Below, in pieces: positions 1 to 11,170 of a DNA stretch of 64,000 nucleotides. The stretch spans positions 125,178,001 to 125,242,000 of the forward strand of contig OZ038378.1 in NCBI GenBank assembly GCA_964036045.1, in the 5' to 3' direction. This DNA is from Eutreptiella sp. 'Long Island Sound 2002'. Lineage: Eukaryota; Protista; Euglenida. Under the pieces are notes generated by a model, which had not been told where the DNA came from, did not search any database, and saw only the letters and a program-made list of their open reading frames with translations. Numbering within the stretch: position 1 is the stretch's first letter; every line of letters starts with the position of its first letter. The translations under genes and the position numbers were made by a program.

Positions 1-240
1 CAGGATTGGTATTTGTTTAAGGCACAGATGATTGCGTAGGTCTCCTGCTCACGGGGGGACCACTGCATTTGTCTGGCAGAAAGCTTCCTCGACCAGAATG
101 CAAGCCGATAATGAGCCCCTGTTTCTAAATCTTGTTGTTCTAACACTGCCCCTACCGCATACTTACTAGCATCAGTCGTAATGTAGAATGGGTGATCGCA
201 TTCCGGAACATGCAAAGGGGCAACTTCGCAAAGGGCAGCT
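1..240 (-). pseudogene. pol: Ty3/gypsy RNase H domain (frameshifted)
   Basis: Manual translation gives PFYITTDASKYAVGAVLEQQD, then after a frameshift AHYRLAFWSRKLSARQMQWSPREQETYAIICALNKYQS, the typical gypsy RNase H_RT motifs. Confidence 0.85.
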
Positions 241-241
241 T

Positions 242-1170
242 TTAATTGTATAAACGCCTCATCGCACTCGTCGGTCCACTGCACTCGCACCTTCGAGCCC
301 GCACGCCCAGCCTCCCCACCGACCTTGAGTAATTCAGTAAGTGGGGCGGCGTACTTGGCGTAATCCTTGACGAAAGTATGGTAAAAACTACAACAGCCAA
401 GGAATCCAGGAAGGACCGAAACGATCTCAGGGCGCCTCCACTTCTGGATGGCGAGGACCTTCCCTGGACTCGGCTGGCGTGTCCCATTTCGGAGCAATTT
501 GTGACAGAATTCGACACTTTCCAGAAGTAATTTACCCTTCTTGGGGCCGCAGATGAGTGAATTTTGTCCAGAATTTTGAGAACAATATTCCGCTGTTTCT
601 CATGCAGCTCCACAAGCCCCTGTTCGGTTAAACCGTCGCGCACAATGGAGATGATTATGTCGTCAATATATACGGAAACGAATTCTCGAAGCTCAGGGTG
701 CTCTGAAAAGAAGACTTCTTCCATCATCCGTTGGAAAAAGCTCGGAGCATTCTTCAAGCCCATAGGCATGACTGTCCACTGAACAGGACCCACTGGACTG
801 CACATGCACGTCAGGGGTCTCGATTACTTCGCCACAGGCATCTGGTGAAAGCCATGCCTTAAGTCCAGGACTGAGAATAATTTGCCCTTGGCTCTTTTGA
901 CGATATCCTCCCCAATGAGGGGCAAAGGGTGAGAATCAGCCTTAGTTTCCGCATTTCAATTACGAAGGTCAACCACCATGCACCAACCATAAATAGAATT
1001 CTGGTCTGCTGGGGGCGGTTGAGGCACAGTGAAGGGCGCACAACACCACTGAGAGGTCATGCATGCCTCCAACCAGGCGAATTCTCGCAGATTTCTCTGG
1101 ATGATGTCGCGAAAAATTTCATGCTTTTTGCCATGGTTTTCGTAGGGTCGCTGCTTTTTGGGTTTCGCTC
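242..1170 (-). pseudogene. pol: Ty3/gypsy reverse transcriptase (frameshifted)
   Basis: WCCAPFTVPK, MVVDLRN, HPLPLI, FSVLDLRHGFHQM, PMGLKNAPSFFQRMM and YIDD motifs across adjacent frames. Confidence 0.92.
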
Positions 1171-1741
1171 ACTCCTTCAGCTCGATGAACGCCTCTCCGT
1201 GCAGGCCACGCACAGGAGGGTTCTTGACAAGCTTACCTGACAGGTTGCTGTCCTTTCGCTCAGCGAAAATCTTTTCCCTTCGCTCATTGCAACATTGACG
1301 TTCAACCTGCTCACCAGCCACCACCGTAGAGCAAATTTTCGCTAGATCTCGCGAACCAGCGGGCAACAAACCCTGTTTGAGGGACTGAAATAGGGAGGGA
1401 TCGACTTCCTCTTGCGGGCTTGTTGTGGATGCCTGAACCTGCTGAGCATCCTCCACATCCTCACAGACAAAGGGGTCCGAAAAGGCTTCAAACTTAGGTC
1501 TTTCATAAGATTGTCTGACTTTGACCTTTTTTCCGAATTTTTTTCCCCTGGCCAGGTGGGAGATACTTGCTGGATCTGATCGTATCTGGGTCTGGCTACA
1601 ATCAGACATTCCAGATTCCAGGTTCGGCACCGTATCATCTCTTTCCAAAAAATCAGAGAAATTTGAATCTGACTCAGTACCATGGTCAAGACCTTTTCCT
1701 GACCCATGGTCCGATGTGCAGGATCCGTCAGGGATGAGACC

Positions 1742-2152
1742 TCCGTCGACCATGAATGCGACGGTAGGCCACGGCCGCGGTCCCAGGGGACCAGTGTCGT
1801 CCCTGGCGTACAGCTTGACGTCGTTGGGGAGGCGGATGCAGTCGACTGTCATGCCCAAAACATCTTTCCACCAGGGTTTCCAACCCCAAAGTGGTACTAG
1901 AAGGATGGTCTGAGTGCGATCCTCCTTGAGTTTCTGAGCGACCTCACCCAACAAATGAAAAGGAGGGCTTATCCACAGTCTCTTGTCCCATTTTACTTCC
2001 AATGCATCGTCAGCTAAGCGCTTAAAACGCTTGTTTAACTCGTTGCAAAAGGCATCCTTGGCGGGCACAAAATCGTGGTTCTCCAAAAAATAAGAACATA
2101 TATAATCACGCCACTTATCTACAACGCGGTAGTTTGAAGACTTCCAATTGCG
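1742..2152 (-). pseudogene. DIRS-type Dam-like (amino) DNA methyltransferase domain inside pol, between protease and RT
   Basis: ORF 1169-2344 reads DAFCNELNKRF...DDALEVKWDKRLWISPPFHLLGEVAQKLKEDRTQTILLVPLWGWKPWW. This follows the pattern DxFA..N..DAF..W...[N/F]PPF....K........P.W...PW of the DIRS MT domain. Catalytic motif SPPF is at 1958-1969. Confidence 0.8.
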
Positions 2153-2402
2153 CGGTTTGGGACGCTGAGTGTCCCTTCGTCGCTCCTGTAGCAAGATGCT
2201 GTAGAATGCAGTGGCGCTCACGTCACTAATCCCTTCATCCTCACCAAAAATTGTGTTCACCTTCCTACTCAAAAAGTCTTTTGCACTTTGGTACCCAGAG
2301 TGCAAGAAAAGAAAGCAGGGAGTGTCTGTTTGTCCAGATTCCAAAATAAAGCAACGTCTGTGTCAGGGGCCACTTTGTTCCTCGTTAAAAAGGATGACCT
2401 AA

Positions 2403-2849
2403 CTAAAGGTCATACTTGATGGCCGCTCTATGGAAATAATCCTCTAAAACAACATCGTCTACCTTACCTTTCTCCCATAAATGCTGGGTGACCATGTGCG
2501 CCTTCAGGAACGAACCTGTACTCCCTCCTGGAAGGGCATGACCTGAAACACCTTCCAAGTTAACGGGCTGAGGCGAAGTGTCCACACATTCGTCGGGTAA
2601 AAATCTTTCTGACTGAAGATTCACTTCACTACCATTGTCACAAAGACACGTAGCGAGGTTTTTGTTCTCCTTGTTGTCAGTAACCCACAAACAACAAATG
2701 AATTGACGAGCTCGGTATTTGTTGGGAACACCGATCTCAGTAACATTCCTATCTCCATCTGCCTCAACTGGCAGTCGTCCTACGGACAGCGCTCCAACGT
2801 CCAAGATCAGACATTCAGGAAAACGCCTGATTGTGTGTGGGGTCGCCAC
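2403..2849 (-). pseudogene. pol: Retroviral-type aspartic protease
   Basis: LATCLCDNGSEVNL (D-x-G active-site motif), VNLEGVSG flap and C-terminal KYDL/LGHPFL motif. Confidence 0.75.
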
Positions 2850-2864
2850 ACAATCTTGGCGCCT

Positions 2865-5280
2865 CTATTCCAGATAATCTCCCTCGTACTCCTGCTGTAC
2901 GGTTTCCCAGGAACCGTCCCCATCCTCCCACTGGTCTCCCAGACCTTCTTTCCCTAGATTCCCTTCTTCATCGGGGGCATCCTCTCCCTCCGTCGTCACA
3001 TTGTTATAGTAATCCTCGTCGGAACCAGCAACTTGGTGCACTGATGCACCCCATACCTGAGTGAGGGTTCCGCTGACCAGATGATCCTTTCCCTTGTCCA
3101 CCTTTCGTGCCCTGGAAGGTCCCCTTGCCCTTACGAGCGCTCATTTCCTTGGAATGTCCCGGGAATTGGCCACTGGATTGGCCTTTTCCCTTGGAAAAAT
3201 TGCCTTTTCCACCATTCCCCTTGGCAGAATTGGACTTATTATTTCCATTTTGAAAATTTTCTGGATAGCGCCCTTGGCTGGATTGGCCCTGGTTTTCCTT
3301 GCTTCCAGAAGTCTGCTGGCCTTTGCTGCCTTTACCTTTTCCGCTGGGCGTCGATTGGCGATTTTCATCCACCTTTTTGACGGGGGCCTTGGGCGGATCT
3401 TTACTGGCTTCTTGAGCCACTCTTTCCGCATCGGTCTTATTCCACCAGTGATTCTCGGTAGAATGCGATTCCGCACGGTTAGTGTGACCGAAGGACGAAC
3501 GAATGGCACAGTCTTTCGACTGCGTATTATTTACATTCTTTGCATCCCCGCCTTTAGAGGGGGGGTTTTGGCTCAGTCCTTCGTGGAATTGCTGATTATT
3601 GGCATCTACCAATTTTTCAACTCCTCCCACAGTTCAGTGGGCGTGAAGCTGAAGGCCCACGGCTTTGCCACGAGGCGAGTTCCTCCAAAGGAGACACCTT
3701 GGTAAAACCACTTCAATAAAAATATCTCTGTCCTCCTTCGCCGCGAATTTCAATCTGCAAGCACCGTCTTTTTCCTTACACTTGGAAACGTTAGTTGGAG
3801 AGCACTTTCCAAGGGCATCTCTGACGTGAACACGACCCGAGCCCTTAGGGAATCCGGTGACTTCGGTCCACCAGGATTTCACCTTCTCGTTGGACTGTTC
3901 CTGCCTCAGCGATGCAGCGGTGTCCGCAGGCATTTTTGCGAAGATGATGGCCTTCAATTCGCCATCTGACAGATGTTCCCCAGCACTCTCAGCCTCATTT
4001 ACCAGATTATCAAAGCGTTGCCGCTTATTCTGAACCTCGTGAAGAATGAGTTTGGGAACGTTCGGGAAAGAGGTATGGAGGGTTCGGTAGTGGTCTTCAG
4101 GCAACCTACTTCCTCGTCCCTCAAGCAGAGCAAACAATTTACCGTAGGTGAGTGTGTTAGAGCAATCAGCCCTATCAGTGTAGGATTTAATCCACGTGTC
4201 ACGAATGGGGCCCTCTAAACACTCGAGGAGAGCATCAAGCTTCTCTTTGTCTCGAAGTTTGTTCTTACCAACCCACAGAGAATATTCTCTTTCGAAAACA
4301 GCCCACCGGTGAGGGTTGCCATTGTATTTTGGTTGTTTTGCAATGGCTCTCAGTTTAGCCCTCACAGGGTTAATAATATCCTCAATGCTGCCACCACCGG
4401 CCAGGATTTTGGCTGACCTGGGCAGCACCTGAGGCGCCGGCGGCGCCCAAAAGACTCTGGGCGAGCAACACCTGAGCCGCAATCATGGGATCGGTGTATC
4501 TTTTCTCAGCCAAACTTTCCTTTTTCTCTTTCTTCCTCGGTTCTGAAACACGCTGAGGATTTTTACTCTCAAAACCTCATTCTTTTAATCTTTTCTGTTT
4601 TTCCTTTTTTTCTTCCGCTCTGGAATCTGTTGTGGGTGCGAGTGAAGAAACTTCAGTCGCATCATCGGCCACAGACCAGGCAGATTCGGCTGGCGGATCG
4701 TTCAAGGGAGAGGGGGGATGAGCGAAAGATCTTCCCATTGCTAAAAAAGGGAAGAGTTTTTCCTGATTAATTTTGATCGCCTGATTCTCAGTAGTGAGCT
4801 TGGCAATTTCCCTCCGACAGGAGCAGTGGTGGGCACAGGACACATGAGAGGCGGTCTCAGACCGCGAACCGATTGATTCTGGCTTCCTTACCACGTCTTC
4901 CTGCTCGCTCAGCGAGCTCTCGATTGTGTTGCTGATGGGCAGGTCTTTGGACTCCTCCTGCGCCAACTTGAGAAAGGCCTCTTCCAACGCCTTCTCCAGC
5001 AACACCGCTTCGACCTCCATCGCCTGGGCGGTGGTGTGGACGGGCAGCGGCGGATGCTCACGGTGAAACCTGCAGTAGCAATGATGGATCTGCAGGCACC
5101 ATTGGTCATACTAGTCCAGTCGCTGTAGACTCTTGATTCTCTGGAATTTTAGTCTCCAGCGTTCCTGGGACTCCTGGATTTGAGTGTTGAGTTTCACGGA
5201 GACGGCCTGCCCGATGACATTCTGGAGCAGCAGGTTGATTTCCGCAGGCGTAGGTCTGAATGTTGTGGGCATCTCTCCTG
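2865..5280 (-). pseudogene. gag: Gag-like ORF remnants (coiled coil, capsid-like block, G/K/Q-rich tail), frameshifted
   Basis: ORFs 5111-5280, 4577-5020, 3634-4482 (PKYNGNPHRWAVFEREYSLW...KLDALLECLEG) and 3004-3630 lie in order upstream of the protease. The N-terminus continues at 7178-7230 on the far side of the inserted transposon. Confidence 0.65.
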
Positions 5281-5941
5281 CCCTAGTGACCCCTTTTGCA
5301 CACCATGGTGCCATGTCCTATGTTCAACCGGTGTTCAACTGACTTCACCTGGGCCCTTGAACCACCCCTGAACAGCGGTTGAACACCCCCACCGCGCGTA
5401 GTGCAATTTTACCAAAAATTAAACTTTTGACGTATCACCATGCCATTCCAAACCATCCATGACGATGTACCATGCTTTTAACAACATACTAATGCCCAAT
5501 GCACTATTCCATGCCATACCCCTCACATTGCCACTCCCTTTGTATCATGTCCAAGAGTAGCGTCAACGCCGCCTTGGTGTTCAACCATGCGGTTGAACAC
5601 CCCACTTGAAACATTCCCCTAAGCTTTGACCTTCATTGTGGTCCTTTGGCTTCCATTCTATCGTGGATGGTGTTCAGAGGTTTTTGCAGTGTGCACCTGC
5701 CTTATCCAAATCAATTATAACCACAAAACCATGGATTTTCTGCTACTTTCATATTGCCGCCCATACGCGTTCGGCCATGTTCAACTGCGTGTTCAACCGC
5801 GCGGTTGAACACGGTTGAACACGGTTGAACACGGTTGAACACACACTGGAGCGCGTTAGGAGAAATGCCGCACGTAATCGCAATCACACAACAATGGCAC
5901 CAACAATTCACGTCAAATTGGATGAACAATCCCAGTGCCTG

Positions 5942-6232
5942 TCACCATGGGAACCCCAGGTCCAGGAGTTCAGTGCGCATCGGAGCGGGAAGGCGGTGCC
6001 ACGCGATAGATGTATACGCCACGATGGCATACCTTTCACCCTCCCATCGCTCCGGCCCATGCGTACGCCACGCATTGAAAATCACCCCCTTTCGTGCATC
6101 CACAACAACCCCTTGCACAATTTGACGCCCACATTGCATCCATGCTTGACGCTGCGCCCCCCCCTCCCCCCCACCACCCATCCACGCCGTAGTAAAGAAA
6201 CCACCACCACGGAAATCACCCACCGCCACCAC
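5942..6232 (-). pseudogene. C-terminal half of a 2OG-Fe(II) dioxygenase, TET/JBP-like
   Basis: VAVGDFRGGGFF...VIFNAWRTHGPERWEGERYAIVAY contains the GdF.GG strand, distal His and the 2OG-binding R.s.V.Y motif. The HxD half is absent. Confidence 0.6.
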
Positions 6233-6379
6233 CTAGGTAGGCACTCTATGTTGCACAAACATGAGTCGCATTTGTTTCATATGTGTTCAACCGCACACTT
6301 GAACGCATCTCGCATACGGTTGAACACTCCTTGCATACATGCAACGCACCATGGTATGCATGTAGGACATGTAGAGCAC

Positions 6380-6675
6380 CTTTTTTTCGGCATTTCCAAG
6401 TCAAGGATCAACCGGACGGCATCCTTGGGTGTAAACACCCTTTCCATGACCTTCCGGTCATTGCGTCGACTACGCCGCCCACTACCCATTCTAGTCTTGA
6501 GGCGTTCCCATAGTGTACGACCACCCTTGGATGCGGTGAACAAGTTGACCAAATCACTCATCAATTCATCCGATTGTAATCCAGTGTAGTGATCTGCAAT
6601 ACATTGCTTCAAGTTTGACGTTGGCATTTTTGATTGTAAAATGAGAGGGATCCTTGCATACAAGTAAGAAACCAC
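6380..6675 (-). pseudogene. Transposase N-terminal exon
   Basis: ...FTPKDAVRLILDLEMPKK(R)|GT, homologous to TVRRNLDLGMPKR(R)|GT at 27780-27820, with the donor at the same phase-2 position. Confidence 0.55.
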
Positions 6676-7337
6676 AATGGGGAATCTCTTGGTGCTCTAA
6701 TTTGTTCTTATTGTTACGTTATTTTTGGTGACACTACCATATTGCACAAAGGTGAAATTAAATATTCTTCAATTCAATGCGTCATGTATATAGTAAAAAG
6801 CGAGCAGGTGGCAACTACTACACACCATGTGCATTCCCTTTACCGCCACGTGTTGGCCACCACGTGCCGGCTCCAGTTTTCATGTATGTGGTCACCACAC
6901 CGCCACCTGCCCATTGGTAGTAGGTTCCAGGTTTTAACTGGGTTTTAGGGAACAGCTCAAAACCAAAATTGTGGGACAGGCTACATTTACCAATTAACCA
7001 CTGTTGAACGCGTGATCGCGCGAGCACGCGCCACCCAGTGGCGCGATGGGCCAGTTGAACTGTTCAACCGCGTTCAACCGAGTTCAACTGGGGGGTTGAA
7101 CAGCAACATGCTGTTCAACTGGGTTCAACCGCTGTTCAACCGCTACGCTCAAAGGTGTGCAAAAGGGGTCACTAGGGTGGACCACTTGAAATCGGCGGAT
7201 CACGATGTACTTGCATGCTTTCTTTGGATGGGAGACGGATGTTGTCGTCCGGACTGAATGAGTGTCCACAAAAGGAGCCGTACACTCCGCTGGGACCAGC
7301 GCCTGGTGAGGGGCTCTTGGGGGCCCGGGTTCTCGAC

Positions 7338-8170
7338 TGGCGGGGTACCAGCGGAGCGTGTACACAAACACACACACGACCCAACACCCAAGCCAGGAGT
7401 GGCGGGGCGCAGCCGGAACCCGAGACCAGGCATACACACCCACGCCGCACACCCCAGCCAGGAGTGGCGGGGTACAAGCGAAGCGCGCATACAAGCACAA
7501 ACAGGTTCCAACACCCCAGCCAGGAGTGGCGGGGCGCAGCCGAAACCCGAGCCCAAGCACACACACCCACACCGCACACCCCATCCAGGAGTGGCACACA
7601 CAAGCACACACACACCCCAACAACCCAGCCACGAGTGGTGGAGCGGAGCCCAAACCCGAGCCCAAGCATAACCCGGACCAAAACACAAGCGACACACATA
7701 AGTAGGAAACCCAGTGTCCAAGGCCCGGGCACTGAGGCAGCCCGTGCCATGCAGGTGACCCGGCCAAACGAGATCCGGAGACCAGGGGTAAGGCTGCATC
7801 CTAAGGTTTGCGCTGCTTTGCGACTCGAGGCGGAGCCCGCGACACCCAAGCCCCTCGGAACCCCAGTACCAAGAACATGCATGCATGCCTTGGGAATGGG
7901 ATACGCCAGGAAGTGCGGTGAACCCCTCGGGTTCCGCCCAAAGGAGGGGACGTGCGCGCGCACGGGGCCACACCCTCCCAGCATGAAAAGTACGTCACAC
8001 TGGCGGCGATCAGTCCTCCTGGTGTTGCCCGGGGCCGCTTTGTTGAAGGCCACCAGTCAGGTGTAGCGGGATGTAAGTCGCCTCCCCTCTTCAAGCCCGG
8101 AGCCTCTTCCTGTTCGTCACAGCGGCAACGCCAGTGGCAACCATGGGGCGCCTCTCCACGACCAAGTGCA
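7338..8170 (-). repeat. Terminal module (about 63-bp tandem repeats plus ~470 bp unique); possible 5' LTR of the gypsy element
   Basis: CCAGGAGTGG recurs at about 7395, 7458, 7520, 7585 and 7629. On the minus strand the segment reads TG...CA, lies directly upstream of gag and abuts (ACCT)n. No second LTR in the window to confirm. Confidence 0.4.
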
Positions 8171-8172
8171 GG

Positions 8173-8188
8173 TACCTACCTACCTACC
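8173..8188 (+). repeat. (TACC)4 element-end microsatellite
   Basis: tacctacctacctacc. The same motif ends modules at 37461, 38652, 50237 and 51484. Confidence 0.9.
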
Positions 8189-8189
8189 T

Positions 8190-8955
8190 TCTCAACTGGG
8201 ATCAGGGATTGAACTTGGGTGAGGGATTGGTATGTACCTAGGGCAGGAATCCCTGACTCTTCAGTGAAAGGTGCAACTATGCAACATTCCACGCTGTCTT
8301 CTAGTGGATGTGGCGATGGGCTCCCACCTAGTCTGCAGATGCTCTCGTCATCACTGTCCGGTGGGGCCGACTCATACTCCATACCTACAGCCTCGAAGCT
8401 GAAGGCCGTTCTGCTACCATCTAAACTATTCCCCTTACGAAAACTCCACGGAGCGTAGCCGGAGGGCTGAGGGCCGGCATGGGGAAAGTCATCTGAGGGC
8501 AGGTATCCCTTCTTAGCGTCCCGCTGGTATGGCGGGGTTGGTGCTGTGGTCTTGCCCTTGGGGTCCATGATATACAAGCAAGACAGCGAAGCCAATGAAG
8601 ATGAAGATATGAACTTGCAAAAAATCCCAGTCTACGAGAAAATGTAGGCGGATAATATGATACATATGAATCACAATAGTTCTTCCTGTATAATTTAGAA
8701 AAATTTTGATTGTGAAAAAATATTTGGCTAATTTGGTTTGCGCACGCGCGCAAGCGATTCCAATCAAATCATCGGCACGCGACCATCTCAGCCGCAACGG
8801 ACACCAGAAATGAGTCCGGCGTGTCCCTAAAATACAGGAACTGTTCCGGTAAAAATTTGGGGGGCGCCGAGTATATGGATCTCCGGAAATGATCTAAATC
8901 TGACCTAATGGGGGGTAATTGACCTGAGATCTGCGCGGATTGAGGGCAGCCGTAC
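8190..8955 (-). mobile_element. 5' fragment of an unclassified element (AT-richer leader plus short acidic ORF, truncated at the (ACCT)n)
   Basis: ORF 8176-8595 (MDPKGKTTAP...PPDSDDES) is preceded by a pyrimidine-rich acceptor-like ATTTTCTCGTAG. No recognisable domain. Confidence 0.3.
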
Positions 8956-10361
8956 TTACAACTGGGGGGCAAGCCTATCTATAGGAGGGAGGGCAGGTCA
9001 GGGGCCCTACACTGGGGTATGCTGACACAGACGCACTGGAAGACGGTGGCTGGGCCAGGGTTCTGATGGCTGGCCGTCTGCAACTGTCAAACGGAGGCAC
9101 TGTGATACCCTAGATGGTTACGTCCCTGAGGCCAGGCATGAGAATTTCGCTGGGCATATTGCCTAATCTGGGGGCTCCGTTGGTTCCCGCTGGTACCGGC
9201 AGGGGTGCAGACTCAGGAGGAAGGGAAGGCCAGAGATTTGACTCAGGGTGTCGTGACACAGAGGCACTGGATGCAGCTTCTGGGCCCGGGCACTGAGGGC
9301 AGGCTGCCTGTGTCTGCGCGCTGAGGTGTCCTGACGGGACCAGTCTCTGTGGCCAGGAAGAAAGAAATTGATGTGAATCGGTGTGAGCAGTGACGATGCA
9401 GGGGGGAGGGGGGATGTGGACTAATCTACTTCGGGGTTTTGGATAGCTGGCTGATCGCTCGCAGCTGGTTTCACAGCACGCGGTTCAGCGCAAGTGCTGT
9501 AAGGCATCGCGTCCCTATTGAGGAATTTTGCTGCCTTGGGAGGGCGAACCTGTGGTGTGGGTGGGGGTGTGGAGCATGCGTCGTCTGCTGGGCGACTGGG
9601 TCGTGTGTACCAGGGTTCACCTGAGAAGGAATTCTGCAGGCCAAAGCAGTTCAGGGCAACGCCGACAGCTCCGCGGGGCGTTTCCGCCGCGTAGGGCAGT
9701 CATAAAGCGCGCCATCAAGAAGGCGGTCCAATGGCTGCAAAACTTGGCACCGCGGCCGCCGCGCGCAGCCCGCCTCACAGCTAACACTTGGGGCAGGGCG
9801 AACTGCCCTTTCAGCACATCTCACAACCGCCCCCCTGCCCAGGACTACAAATACTCTGCATCCGACCCCCTCCGTATTTCAGTCCGCAGACCCCTGCACC
9901 GGGCGCCGAAGCAGCCACGACCCTCCCAGGGCCCGGTAAAGGACGTTGCACTGAGCCACAGCAACCAACCAGGAGGAACGCACCAAAGAGAACCCCCCCT
10001 GCCCGCCCCTCCCCTCCACCGAAAAGGACGAACAGAGTTCAAACTACACTTTTTTTCGCCCCCCCAGTGCCGAACGCAATCAACGTGCAACCAGCGGCAC
10101 CCAAACCCCCAGCGCACCCATACGGTCCACCTCCTTGGCAAAGAACTATCGACTATGAACTCCCCCATGTCCACAACCAGCCACAGCCACAGAGCTCTGA
10201 TCCTGTAGGGAATCCTGCTTCTCGCATGCATTACTCTGAAGCTCGCCAGTGATAATGTTTTCCGGACTCGTTCCTGGCGCGACGAAAGAGGGGTGCAGGG
10301 GTAAGGGGATAAGGGTGCGGACAAAGTTTCGCTTGTCGCCTGCATGGGGGGAGGATGACCA

Positions 10362-11170
10362 TCATTGTTGGGCGATGGAGTTAAACGGTTGAGGCCAAGG
10401 TTGCAAGAAAAGCCGGAGGACGGGGTCCGCGGAGGGGCAGAGGGCAAGCTTTGCCAGCGGCTCCGTGACATGCTGCCCCCCGCACAAGTGACAGGGATAT
10501 TCCCTGAGGTCATCATACACGGGCAGGGTGGAAATGTTGAGGTTGCCTGAGACCCATTTGAAGCGCCCGATTGCGAACCAGCTGCTGTGGGAGTAGTAAT
10601 CGTAGCTGGTACCCATGTGTATGTTGTATTTGGACTGGGAGGGGTATAAGCGGCGACGGTTGGCAGGGGTAACTTTGTGGGCGACGGGGAGGCAACCATG
10701 AGAAATGGTCCCTGGGGGGGGGGGCAGAAGGGAAGGGGTCCACTCACAAACGTAGGCAATCCACTTGCTTAACGCATCCCTCACTTCATTGCCCTGAAAA
10801 CCGGCATGACCCTTGATCCATGCTGCAAAGACCTTGACGTCTCGGGGCAGGGAGAGTAGCTCGTTCTTGAATGCCCAGGCCCAGGTAACATCAGTGGTGG
10901 ACGACGGCTGCGGTGGTGCCGGGGTGTTGGGGCACAAAAGGGCAAACACCTGTTGAATGTCTCCGAGGATGTGTATTCTGGAGCGGGGAAGGGTTTTCTG
11001 GTCCCAACGAACGGCCATGATGGCTGCCCAAAACTCAGCTCCCCGCAAGTCTGGAACGGGGAGGTAGGGCAAAAGACGAAGGTGGTCCCATTAGGAAGGT
11101 ACACCGTTGCCGCTGAGCCGTAGCCCCCCCTGCTGGCAGACCCATCCAGGTAGACCCAGACGGTTTGCTG
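10362..11170 (-). pseudogene. LINE RNase H domain and C-terminal Cys/His motif
   Basis: VWVYLDGSAS, AEFWAAIMAV, IHILGDIQQV and WIKGHAGFQGNEVRDALSK give the D-E-D-H-D RNase H signature. CHLCGGQH follows. Confidence 0.85.

Larger units (their letters stand above)
5281..7177 (-). mobile_element. Internally deleted TIR DNA transposon, CACTA/EnSpm (CMC)-like
   Basis: Perfect 24-bp TIR CCCTAGTGACCCCTTTTGCACACC (5281-5304; reverse complement at 7154-7177), TG on both flanks (5279-5280, 7178-7179) and many subterminal GGTTGAAC/GTTCAACC motifs. CCC termini, 2-bp TSD and subterminal repeats fit CMC elements (established); superfamily assignment is inference. Confidence 0.85.
1..7337 (-). mobile_element. 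Degraded Ty3/gypsy LTR retrotransposon (gag-PR-MTase-RT-RNase H; integrase and 3' LTR outside the window), interrupted by a DNA transposon at 5281-7177
   Basis: Ordered minus-strand remnants: gag-like ORFs, aspartic protease (LCDNGSEVNL...DL(L)GHPFL), RT (MPMGLKNAPSFFQRMM...VYIDDII) and RNase H (PFYITTDASKYAVGAVLEQQD, read from 195 to 130). Several frameshifts and stops. Confidence 0.9.

Noticed and set aside
1-2850. DIRS element (because of the MTase domain)
   Set aside because: An aspartic protease is present, the RT and RNase H motifs are gypsy-type, and the MTase lies upstream rather than downstream of RT.
6233-6675. In-frame transposase-oxygenase fusion via splicing
   Set aside because: The phase-2 donor joined to the 6232 acceptor is out of frame with the oxygenase reading frame. 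The junction is better explained by internal deletion.
7333-7350. tRNA primer-binding site TGGTACCCCGCC for the gypsy element
   Set aside because: The same GGCGGGGTAC sequence is part of the adjacent tandem-repeat unit, and I cannot match it to a specific tRNA 3' end.
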